Assembly (NCBI GenBank): GCA_043228905.1
Contig: JBHGNT010000244.1
Location: 1 to 45,656 of the forward strand
DNA length: 45,656 nt
Direction of reading: 5' to 3'
From: Azolla caroliniana
Lineage: Eukaryota > Plantae > Polypodiophyta
Position numbers and translations under genes: made by a program
In this document: positions 11,351 to 23,083 of the stretch, one piece after another
How the letters are laid out: each line of letters starts with the position of its first letter
Numbering within the stretch: position 1 is the first letter of the stretch
Notes under the pieces: model-generated
Told to the model about the DNA's origin: nothing
Seen by the model: only the letters and a program-made list of their open reading frames with translations
Database searches by the model: none

Positions 11351-12720
11351 TCAAACTGCTAGGATATACAACGGATCTCCTAATTTATATGTTTCAAACC
11401 AATACATACAAGTTTTATGATTAAACCTTAAATGTCTATTGACAGAGTGAAAAATGTTGTATGTGATCCCAATATCTTCCAAAGACAAGACATGGTCAAT
11501 ATCACAAATTCCATTGTCTTTCCACATGTGAAGCCATCTTTGTCGTTCCACAAAGATACCATTTGGATTGAGCATTCCAGAACTATTGCAAATGTATACA
11601 AAACTAGACCGGCACACCGCCTCATGTATAGTGCACATAAATAGAGCATTCACTTGGCATGCTGTACTTGTCACGCATGATGCGTAGCAAATCCTCCATC
11701 TGCATGAAATTACCCCAAGTCGAATTACTCACAGCCCAGCCCCTATGATGGCAAAAGCATTATTTCAAATATTAGACCTCATCAATATGATGTCAATCAT
11801 GTTGTCATGTTTGAAGCACCAAAGGAAATGGCAACAACGGAACATGGAGGACCATGGTACTCATAAGTGATGAAGTGGTGCAACAACAATGGCCTCAACA
11901 TCAAGAACTTGCCAGGCTTTTGATATCGTACACCTGTTCAAAATTATGAACGAAACAAGGTACATCCCTCCACAAACTGTAGGGAAGAAAGTCAGTAAAT
12001 GTCGATTGCAGTTGATTCTTTCCATTCTTTCAACTATTCGTCATCAATCCTGAGTTATCCCTCCTCTCTCATCTGCTCAAAAAACTTCCATCACACCATG
12101 GGAGCACCTTCACCCAAAGAGAGCCTGCTACAAAAATCATTTCATGAACTTCTTCTCATATGATGTCCACATGCCTCATGATGCTCGCAAATGCAATAGG
12201 CCAACTCAGAGTTGCATCCCATCAGATATAGATTAAAGAGGATGAGCATCTTGCTAATTTATACTATGTGAAGCAGAGATTCGGACCTTTTTGTGTACAA
12301 GTAAAAACTTACAAGCACATCCAAGAGAACTAAGCCACTGTCTATGCCGACTTTATCACCATTTGACAAATGATGGAGAAGGTTAACCCATTACATTTTT
12401 GCTTGAACATCAAATTCATAGAGAGTAACATGCCAAAGAGACACCATCGAGAGCAATAAGCAATGCCAAGGATAAAAGAGACCACAATTACCAGGATGCA
12501 TGGCACATGGGCCACACCATGACCAGATCATAGAGATTATTATTGTTCACCGTATCTGATCTGCACAAGGACACCCAGATGCACTTGCTGAAGTTCGTTA
12601 TAACCTTGCTCCACTGCACCAACCTTGGATATGAGGTCCCATCCCACACTCAACCCACATATCTGCAGCTATGCACTTCATGCTTGTAAATCATCTCCAA
12701 AATCAATCCTCCAGATGCAG
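11351..12720 (-). pseudogene. Probable heavily degenerate PPR (PLS-class-like) gene remnant
   Basis: Scattered minus-strand peptides resemble PPR helices: VQWSKVITNFSK, LFNLYLMGCNSELAY, EEVHEMI, FEQMREEG, LLRIMRDKYSM, IHEAVCRSSF, VSLWN. There are many stops and frameshifts. Confidence 0.4.
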
Positions 12721-13132
12721 TACGATAATTTTAGAGAACCTAGAGCCTTCCTTTATTTTTGTTTCAGTAGGCACAACATGGATTCACCAATTTTTGTAAT
12801 CACTGCTTGTCTGACGATTGGCTGGTTTTGGCCTCTGGTAGACCTGAATATCTCCCAGTGTGGGCTTGTATCAATTAGACCAGAAAAAAATGATGTGATA
12901 GAAGGGTTTAGGGTTTAGCGAGGGCCCAAATTATTAAGATAAACAATAGTAAGTGAACAGAAAGAGGTGTCATTATAAAAAAATGGCTTCTCGATATTCT
13001 TGCATTTGTGATTACAGTAAGGGAACCATAAACAAGCAGCTCTACTCATGATCCAAGTTCCAAGTAAGAGTTGCATATATCTTTATTAGTTATTAGTGAT
13101 CAAAAGATGCAAGAATATTATTGTGAATGTTA

Positions 13133-13238
13133 ATATCAATTTGACATTACAAAGACGTTCAAATTAAATATCGATTTGACATTACAAAGACATTCAAATT
13201 AAATATGAAACCGATTTGACATTAAAGACGTTCAAACT
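13133..13238 (+). repeat. ~35-bp tandem repeat x3
   Basis: atatc(a/g)atttgacattacaaagac(g/a)ttcaaattaa occurs three times; the third copy is slightly altered. Confidence 0.9.
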
Positions 13239-13554
13239 ATGAAGTATGTAAGGATGATAGTGATTATGATATTGCTATTGATAAACATCAGCTGTGAAAG
13301 TTAGGTACATGATTAGGGAAATAACCATGAATACTATTGATTGGCTTACGGTCATCATGATCATGGATATAATGTTTTCACCGTCTCTCTTTAATGGCAT
13401 TCTCCTCATTAAGAATGTTATGTTCCATATCCCCATGTTCTTCTGGAAATTGATTAGCATAATAACCTCCAAGTTCTTGTCGTAAGTCATTTATACTATT
13501 CTCCAAGCAGGTCATCTCATGCTTCGGCAATATGGCTAGCTCGACATCACTTTT

Positions 13555-14046
13555 TTAATTATTATTATTACTTCGGTGACAATCATGCATATCCATCAGA
13601 TGATGATCAAAATTAACCATAGCCAGCACCGGTTGAGGATATAATTCTGCATTCCTGTTGATAAGAATTCCCTCCTCCGACTCTTCATAATCACCAGTTC
13701 CGTCATCATCATCTTCAGCGGCAGCATCATCATATTCATCATCATCACTGTCCCCATCGCCATCACTGCCAATACCATCATCATCACCACCATCAATACT
13801 ATTGTCATCATTATCAGTATGATTACCATGTTCGAGATTGTTATCGTTAATTCCGTTAAATATATAAACATCCATGTCAACAATATGGTCTTCTGCATCA
13901 AGAGCAATATATTCATAAGAATCTGCGACTTTCAGGAAGCCATTGCAATCTTCTTCTTCTTCATCTTGATCAAACCTATATTGTTTTTGCATCATATGGT
14001 GGTTATTGGACGCAGGTATGTCTGCTTTTAACAGAGGAACATGCAA
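13555..14046 (-). CDS. Asp/Glu-rich low-complexity ORF of unknown function (possibly an exon or pseudogene)
   Basis: 163-aa ORF, very acidic. The same frame continues with protein-like sequence past the TAA. No domain recognised. Confidence 0.35.
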   Translation of the reverse strand: MHVPLLKADIPASNNHHMMQKQYRFDQDEEEEDCNGFLKVADSYEYIALDAEDHIVDMDVYIFNGINDNNLEHGNHTDNDDNSIDGGDDDGIGSDGDGDSDDDEYDDAAAEDDDDGTGDYEESEEGILINRNAELYPQPVLAMVNFDHHLMDMHDCHRSNNNN

Positions 14047-14854
14047 TACAAATCAAGAACTAAACAATGCTAATTATTAGTGTTATTACAATCCAGTAGA
14101 GTCTAGTCGTCAAACACCTCGCTGCTGCTTATTTATTCATGCATAGACTGCATTACATGTCTCGCGTTTCTTGTTTTCTGCGTTTTCTGTTTCGTACTTC
14201 TCTTAAGCTGTTGCGTTTGTTTTTTTCCCCAAAAACAAGCTATTGCGTTTTCAGGATGCGACTGAAGATTTATTTCCTCCTATAGGATAATGAAGAAGAG
14301 AACTGACAATTAACATTCAAAATAACTATATCCCAGCTGGCCCTCAATTTCTACCCTGCATGCCACTAAACTGGTATTTTTGTTTCATATTTCATCTTTT
14401 GATGGGACGAGCTCTAAACTCATAGGTTCCTCCAATGTCAAAAGGTTTGTTGGTGGGTTAGCTATGAACGTAGATACCCAAAGATTGATAAGAAAATAAT
14501 CCTATGCATGTTGCCCAACTAGAATGGCAAAGAATACTAGGGAGGTTTGCAAGTTTAAATGATTTGGGATGTGATGGAATTTAGAGATGGTTCACTCACT
14601 AGCTCCATCATTACAATACATGTACACAATGATGGTGAGTGCTATCAGCAACAAATGCCTCATCGGATCTTCGATAGTCAATTCATTGCCTCATAGCACA
14701 TAGACATAATCAACATGTACATAGGAAATTATTAAGATCAATACAACTTAAATGACATAATTTTACAGCTTTTTCCACACATGCCCTACAAGAATTTCTG
14801 TATACTTGTATACAGCTTATCAAGGAGGTTTGAAAGAAAACATCAAAAACAACC

Positions 14855-15714
14855 TTACAAGAATTTATCTAAATAAGTGTTTGCTCTCACATAATTTACT
14901 TCTGGGTATAATGTGCACCCCTCTAATCCACTATCATCGATTTTAAAGTTCGTTGTGCCCCCCTTGTAGCACACAATGTAAATAAGAGAAAGCAATGCAT
15001 TGATTGGAAACGGTGCTTCTGCATAGAAAAGATAGTGAAGATATCTAATTGAAAGACTAAAATTATACCTTATGATGCATATCATGAGGACACAAAGCGC
15101 AACGGAGGGGTCACCTTCAGTTTTGGCAATCATTTCTGCTTCTTTAAGTAGAATTCTGTTAAGTTTGGAGCCGAACCGCAATTTGTATTCTTGGTATCCA
15201 GCATTCAACGCAGAATGCTGTTCAGGTAAAATTAACTAACCTTTCACGTCCCCAGAGCCATAAATGACCAGTGTCTCGGGGAGGAAAATAGCAATGGGGC
15301 TGTAATAGACAGGAAAGAAAGCTGTTGGCAAGACAATTTGAAGAGACATACATAGTCTATGGAATGCTTGCAGCCTCTTATGGCTTGCCAAGTTTGTACT
15401 TTACCCATTCGCATATCTTGCAATTCCAGTATTTCTGATCCTATTAACATCTACACCATTTTTCTGATGGAACGAATCTCTGCAAATTGCACCAAAACAA
15501 TTAGACCCAGAAAGAGGGTGGACATTTCATGCTTGAGAGAATCTGCCAATTTATGCTAAAGTAGGCATCAAGTGAAAATTAAACACCTTTATTGTTCCAA
15601 CTTTCTTGAGGGCTTTGATCTGCTTCAAGAGACCTGCAGTTCCCACAGCAGATATCACAGCATCTGACTTTCCTCAATATTGCAATCAGCTTTGAAATGG
15701 TCTTCAATGCGACC
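14855..15714 (-). pseudogene. Isoflavone reductase-like / PCBER-PLR (NmrA-family) pseudogene, internal and 3' exons
   Basis: Exon remnants occur in family order with splice sites: GRIEDH..VDAVISAVG..ALKKVGTIK | RFVPSE-GVDVNR..KVQTWQAI-EAASIP*TMYVSSNCLA..PPRD-VIYGSGDVK | ..GSKLNRILLKEAEMIAKTE | EAPFPINALLSL..KGGTTNFKIDDSGLEGCTLYPEVNYVRANTYLDKFL*. It carries frameshifts, an in-frame TAG and a deletion. The GxxGxxG first exon was not found. Confidence 0.88.
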
Positions 15715-16110
15715 CTACGAGATCATAGTACAGTTTCTTTAAATAAGAAATATAGTAAAACCAATGCAGCAATATTTTGGTGCAGTATGGTTCTGATTTG
15801 GACATGTTGATTCAAGACCAATATACACTAGATAATGATGTTCTTATGCATATATATATTTATTATGTAGGCCCCAAGGTGTATACAGTAAAATATCCAA
15901 ATTCAAATCCACTCAGGGAAAGATTCAAACTTATACTATGTCCTAGGACACTGCATACTGGGAGATTTGGATATGCCAGATTTGTCATAGCATTATTAAG
16001 TAACAGGTAAAACAAACTCTTCTGGTGACAGTTGGTCAAACGCTCCTGACATAGTTGCAATGAAACCAAATATATTTTGATAATGGGTTGAGCCATTGCA
16101 GATGATTACA

Positions 16111-17630
16111 TGTTGGGCATGTTAGGGAACTGTATGAGCCATTGAATAATTTAAACTAGTGTCACATGTTTTTGTTTTTATGTTGTGTTTGTGAAGGCTT
16201 CTAAATAGGCATTCCCTCCCTTGTGGTACCCGTACATCAAAGAAGAGAGAAACAACCGAGGTAAAAGAAAACCTTGAGTGCTTGTGAGATGCGTAGCAAA
16301 TTGCTAACTCAAAATCAGAGAAAAAACCAGAGGTTTTTTCTAGGGAAGCAAAGTTGAGAGTAAATAGACACTTTCCTCTTTTAATTCTACTTGTAATCTT
16401 CTTAATGGAAAAAGTGATCTCCCTTCTATTGTTGGCACTATCATTATGGTTTGTTTACATTTATTTCCCAGTATTACCTTTGCCAGGAAGTACAGTCAAC
16501 AGTAAAGCTAATGAAGGTGAAATGCCTAGTACATGGTCGGCATCAATGAATAGAGAATCTTGGAAAAACTATGGATGCTTGACTCGGGATGCACATGCCA
16601 TGTGTCCCACAAGGAATGGCTTTATATGTAGGAGCCTTACTATGTTGGTACTGTTCTGATGGGAAATAATGGTAGTTTGCAAGGTTATCAGAACTAGTAC
16701 TGTAACGATCAAAATGCATGAAGGAATTGCAAGAACAATGGGGCAATGTTCAGCATATTCCTGATTTGAAGAAAAAATTGATTTCCATGGGGACGTTAGA
16801 TTCTTTGGGTGACAGTTACTCAGGCCAAAGGTGGAGGATTGCTGAAAATCTTCAAAGAAGCTCTTCCTGTGATGAAGGAAGAGAGTTGAAAACCTGTACA
16901 AGCTCCTGGGAGATATTGTTTTTAATGAATCTGTTGTTGCCACTCATACTGAATCCAGCAATGATAATATATCGAGTTATAGCACATGCATTTAGGCTGA
17001 ATGGGTTACACAAGAAGAACCTGCTAAAATGTGTGAATGGGTTACATATTGGATTTCTGCAAATTGCTTTGTGGAAAGCGATAAGGGTGGTTGTTTTCAG
17101 CACTTCTTTCCACATTATCAAAGGTAATCTTGATTATGTTCATATTGATGTGTGGATCTCAGTACAAGGAGCTTCTATTTATTTCATCTCTCTTATATGT
17201 GATTAGTATTTATGAAGCAGAAACCCTAAATTCTAAACCTGAAGATGCAGAAAGTGGATGAAGAGCCTGGTCATTGAACTTGGTTCTAAATTGCAATGTG
17301 ATAGCCAAAGTGCTATGATTACGAGGTCAAAACATATAGATGTTCAATAGCACAAGGTTAGAGAGTATATTATCTCTGAAGAAATTTATTCTGTTGAAGG
17401 TTTACAAAATGGATACTGTGATTCATATGATAAACAAAGCTGGCTTCCATGGGAATTTCGTTCAAGCATTGCTTGGAGTTATTGGCACTTGATGTTATAT
17501 TGCGATTTGGTGTGGAGACATGGTAGAAACTACAATGATGATAGCACTTTGTGGACATGGTAGAAACTACAATGATGATAGCACTTCAAACATGATGATG
17601 TAAGCACTTATTAGAACATTTGGGAGGGAC
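16111..17630 (+). mobile_element. Degenerate, internally deleted Copia remnant (boundaries approximate)
   Basis: An LTR-like 5' part is followed by NVQHIPDLKKKLISMGTLDSLG (Copia post-protease motif, ~16745) and LQCDSQSAM..TRSKHIDVQ*HKVREY (RNase H, ~17290-17370). Confidence 0.7.
17517..17586 (+). repeat. 37-bp-period tandem duplication
   Basis: gacatggtagaaactacaatgatgatagcactt occurs twice, exact. Confidence 0.9.
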
Positions 17631-19379
17631 AGAAGGCTATTATTGTATACCTCGCCCTGTGCATATTAGCCAGAAGATATTGTAATTATGATGTAAGAAA
17701 GAAATAACCTGCACAATAGTACGAGAAGAGAGTCCAATATCGACCTCACCCCCCCCTACTAAGACTAGATTCAACTAATATTCATCTCATCTCCTTCAGT
17801 AAAAGAATAAAATGGTTTACAATAGATAGATTCATAGGGTTTAGGCTACTGTACCTCAATGATGGATCAACAACAGATTCAGAAGGTACAGAGAAATAGG
17901 GCATACCTCAATGCCATCCATGTACATGAGATTGCTTGAGGCGTTCAAAACCATGGATAATTTGCGGGATTTCCAGGGGAGGGATGTGGGTGGAGAAATG
18001 CATAATGGGGGATGTCCTGGGATTTCCAGAGGAAGGAGTCTCGTAGGTCATATTTGACCTCAGAAGACGATAATATAATCTATCTATCTATCTATCTATC
18101 TATCTCTTCTCTGTCTGAGGAGGAGAAGCCAGAATCCATGCTTTTACCTCGTCCCAAGTCCAAGCTCTGAACATTTCAATTTCTATAACCCTTGAGTAGT
18201 GCTGATGAGTCTGTTAAAATTATGAGGAGAGGAGAGGAGAGGCAAGAAGAAGCCTCCTGTTCATGGTCCTTTCGTCAGAGGAGGCAGGTTTCTGTGGTTA
18301 GACAAGGGAGCGGCTCATTAAGCGGGGAGTCGTACTTCTCTGCGAATTGCTGCTATTATTCATTTAGGCAATAAAAAGAAAAGATAGTGACCGCGTAGTA
18401 AGACTTCTCGCACTCTCACTCTCACTCCACCCAAACACCTTCCCAAGTCTCATACCCTTTTACATCAAACTTTGTTTTATTCCGTTGTGTTTTATTTCCT
18501 ATTTGCAATAAATTTCTTTTCATTCTTCTCTTACTTCCCTTTCACTACATTGGCACTCTAAACTTCGTTTTGCCAACACTTTTTTTTTCTGATTTAAGCC
18601 AGCGTGTTTTTTTAGCACGAAGATAAAACTGGATTTACGCTGTTTAAAAGAAATGAAACGGTGTTTTGAGCTATAGGGATCATCAGCCTGGTTGAAGTGG
18701 TGATAGTTGGCAATGTTGTAGACAAAGATGAGTCAGGGGATGTTTCATTGGCAAACACTAACATGGATGGATGCTCCCTTCCATGATTGAAGAGGCAACG
18801 AACAAAAACTCAATCCTCCGAAGCCACCAACACATAATGAGGCTCAGTGGTGAAGAAGAAGACCAATATAGTCAAAACAGAAAGGGGGTGGAGAAGGACG
18901 AGGTGATCCAACTTCCACTCTTGCACTCTCCATTCACCAAAACCTAAATCTCCCAAGAAGAAGAAACAAAGGAAGAAGACGAAGAGTAGAAACACTACAA
19001 AAATAACAAAATATACCTTCTAAATGCCGGAAAACCCCAAAATGATCCCTCCTCCCCCGATGGGAGGGAGGAAACAAGTTAAACTAAAAATATAGTGAAG
19101 GTTAAAGAATAGCGCAAGGGTATGGTAAGGACATAGAATGAGTTGTATTTAAACATGATAAGAAGTTTTAGCTCAATTGGCAAAGGCTTGTTAGACAAAT
19201 GGGAGGACACAGGTTAGAGAAGATCAAGTGCACAAATGAATGATATGATGGATATTATGATTGGTTTTTTGTTAGCGTTGGGCACTTGAGAAAAATAATT
19301 GCTTGCAAGTGGAAAAAAAGTGAGGTGCATGCTAAATAAAAAAACCACTCACTATTTTATTCATGGGAGAGCCCGTCTC

Positions 19380-21180
19380 AAACCCTATAAAAGGGCCAGG
19401 AGAGCTTATTGTTAAAAAACATTTTCGGGGTTGAGGAGGAGCTCGTTGTATCGACATCTTGGAGGATATTGTTTGCGTTAAGGTCTAATTTTGGATTTTC
19501 CACTTCTTCTCTACCTCCTCTTCTACTTCAAGAGGGTTTTGGACTTCTTCTCCACCTATGGAAGCATCTCACATTGACAACTTCGAGAAGGAGACCGCCT
19601 AGATTGAGGATGAACTCTTCGTTACAATCACGTGGAGGATCTTCGTTGCATTAAGGTCTAAAATTTGAAATTTCCCACTTCTTTTTCTATCTCCTCTTCT
19701 AATTCTGAGGGTTTCATAACTTCTTCATCATCACAAGGCTCATCAAGCAATAGCGATTTCAAGATGGGGACTGACACAGAGTGACCAAAGAACACTACAC
19801 CAACTTCGAGGGACCGTTGTCATTAGTAGTGGTTATAGTCTCTTTGGTTCACTCAACTTGCCCTCATATTTTGGAAGGTTTTACAATAAAGGTATACATT
19901 TTGTTGTTCTTCGCTTTTCCTCCATCTCCTCTTCGTTTGTGGAGGTTTTCACAATCTTCAGTATCATCGAGCTCCCCACGTGTCAACAACTTCGGAGAAG
20001 GGTTCAACTAGTCACACATTGGTTGTGGACATGAGCACAAAGTGGAACGAAAATACTACTCTAACATCGAAGCGCCATTGTTGTCGAAAGTGGTTGTGGT
20101 CTTGGAAGCCCACCAGACTTACCTTCACAGGAAGCTCATGGCATTTCAATTTGTGAACCCTATATTTGATGTAAAGAAACTCTTATTCTCTAACTAATCC
20201 GTGTACTTTAGGTCTCACTCTAGTGTTCTTGTTGTTAAATCCATTTTAGTTAGTGTTATCCTTGTAGGATTAACAATAATTGTGTGCTAATCACTCCCCC
20301 CCTTCACTGTCGTGTGTGTATAAGGCGTGAAAAGGTTTAGACAGTGCCCGTCATTTGAATGTTCACCTCATCCCCTGCGTTTGCATCAACCCCTACGTTC
20401 GACTTAACCTTTACCTTCACCTCATTCCCCTACCTTCGCCTCAACCCCTATGTTCATCTTGTCCCTTACGTTCACCTTGCCTCTTATGTTCACCTCGCCT
20501 CTTTGAGCACGAATTATATAAAGAAGACCCACACAAGGAGAAGGTGTTCTAAAGAATCTTCTCACACAACAATACGTCTTCCCCAGCTTAGGTCCCATCT
20601 AATGTTGCCAGAATAGCATAAACATGCGCGTTTACATGGCATTACCTTTTCTTAAAGAGAGTGTTCCACCTATCACATCAAATGCTCGACTATCTCCTTC
20701 TCACAAATGTATAAAAATGCAACCCTTTTTTCACACTGATTAATATGTAGAAACATAATAAAGTGGAAACCCTATCGTCGAAGGTTCCCAAAATGAGTTC
20801 AAGGTTGTTCAACCCACAATCACCTCTCCTCTTACGTTTTCCTCTCGAGCCCACACCAAGATTTTTTAGTATGAATTAATAAAGGAGATTCATACAAGGA
20901 GATCACAACCCAGTCGAAAGAATCATCTCAGATGACTTCACGTTCTCCTTTGTTCAAGTCCTGCCTGGTCTCGCTCAAGTAGCACACACACACGCTTTTG
21001 CATGACACCACTTTTTATATAGAGAATGGGCCACCTACATCATTAAATACTCGTCTACCTCTTTCTCATAAATGTACAAAAATGTGACCCCTTTTTTAGA
21101 TTGGTTAATATGAAGAGATATAATAAAGTGGATCGCCATGTCATCTAGGGTTTCCAAAACAAGTTCAAGGTCGTCCAACC
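19380..21180. repeat. Unclassified repeat-rich segment with several internal direct repeats and an ~18-21-bp minisatellite (20360-20500)
   Basis: Diverged pairs at ~19461-19560/19634-19725, ~19775-19870/20035-20130 and ~20666-20815/21031-21181. Units of cc(t)tacgttcacct type. ctataaaaggg and cactccccccc motifs are LTR-like. Confidence 0.55.
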
Positions 21181-23008
21181 CCTAGATTCGTGGGTTGCGC
21201 ATAGTTAAAGCCCGCCCACCCAAATAGAGACGAGGCTACACCCCTCAATACACAGTCTATGGCCTTAACCATTAGGTTGCTTAATTTTTTGTTTTTATAT
21301 TTATATTTTTATCATAGTTCTAGCCATACTTCCGATTCATGTTATACTCGTATGTGGGAGAAAGCACAGGAATGGCAACACTATTATAGCTAACATGTAG
21401 CTAAAATGGCCATAACTATTTAGTTATTTGTTTAATTAAATTTTAGTGGGCAAACCTTAAAGATTATTTACGAAATTTGTTTGATTGATTAATTAAATAC
21501 ATATAATTTATTATAGTAAGGGAAATATGGGAACACTCAAAATTTTGAATTTGGGCATACACGTAGTGGAATATGGGGAATAATGCACTCATGTAAACTC
21601 GACTTTAATGTCACCAAAATCCTTTCAATACTGAGATTTACACCAAAATTCAAATAGATGGAGCACTCTAATTACGAATGCAGATGAAGCGCCTACAACA
21701 ACACAAAATCTCAGAAATCAAAATTGTACCATTAGACCACCAACACACAACTAGTTCCCTATTTATCAAGGTATGCATCAAATACAAAATATATACTTAT
21801 ATATAACCTATTTTTTTCTTTTATTGTAATTGTCTTATTATAGTTTTTACATGTTTATGTTTAGGGCGAAGTTGTTGGAGTTGCAGACAAGGATGTCGCA
21901 AAAATCTCAGTTCAACAGGTGAGTTTTTATTTATTTTTGAAATCGATGTGGATAGAGTTTTTATGTTAATTTCTTATTAGGGTTGCAGACAGGAAGCAAC
22001 AAATTTTCGATTAGAATGACTGTCTACAAATTTCATAGTAGGGTTGCATACAAACATTCTAACAAGAAATTTCATAATATGGTAGAAATTAATATCGGTT
22101 GCGAATCAAATTCTAAATATTTGATTTTGGTAGAATTAGAATCTATGTTTGAAAGTTCTAAATTTGTGATTAGACCAAAGATTCTACAACATTCATATTA
22201 GGTTTGATTTGGCCTCCAACGATTTTGGGTTGTTTAGGATTTTGGTAGTTCATAAATATTTGTTTAGAATCAGATTCTAAATATCTTATTCTGATTTATT
22301 TACGAAGTAAAAACATGGGAAATCAATTGCTCTAATTAGAATCAATCTTGCTTCTTGAATAAATCTTGTTAAGGATCTTTCTTCCTAAGTTAGAGACCAT
22401 GTCCCCACCACATACATTGGGCCACAAATTTGTTGTACATACATTTTTCATTTCACTTACATCCACCTTAGACATTGTGTCCATTTTTGCCTCCTTCAAT
22501 GCTTCTTTTTGTTTAATCTTGTTTAAACGCTCATTTTTTTCTAATGAGGCTTTCTTACTTTCTCTAATCTCATTCTTCAAGTTTTACAACCATTTTCGTA
22601 AGACTCTAATTCTGAATTACAATAATTTATAGTTTTGCATTCTCTTTCATGATTGCCCTAATCTCTTCACCTTGCTTGTGTATTATTTCTTGAAGAGAAA
22701 TCAAATAGCTCACAAGGATTGTCTCCATTGTGGCTAAGTTTGTTGCATTAATATTAAGAATATTTGGTGATCTCAACTCATTATTAATCTTGATCCTATA
22801 CTTTCTGACTCCCTAACAAGTGTTTGCCATTGTATGACCAAACCCTACAAGAAGCATACATCTAAAATTAGTATAACTTTAGTTGATTATAGAACTTATT
22901 ATCCTTGGTCATATCATAAATCTTGTTGAGAGCTTTGATTCAAGCCATAGCTTGTCAAAATTGGACCTCGTATGTCCAAGTTATGACAAAAACAAATTTG
23001 AAGAAGAC

Positions 23009-23051
<43 letters not shown>

Positions 23052-23083
23052 ACAACAATTGTGATCTATGCATTATAGCTTAG

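Noticed and set aside
2943-15714. Functional gene cluster (metacaspase, ATP synthase b', PPR, reductase)
   Set aside because: The functions are unrelated and two members are pseudogenes; there is no evidence of a shared pathway.
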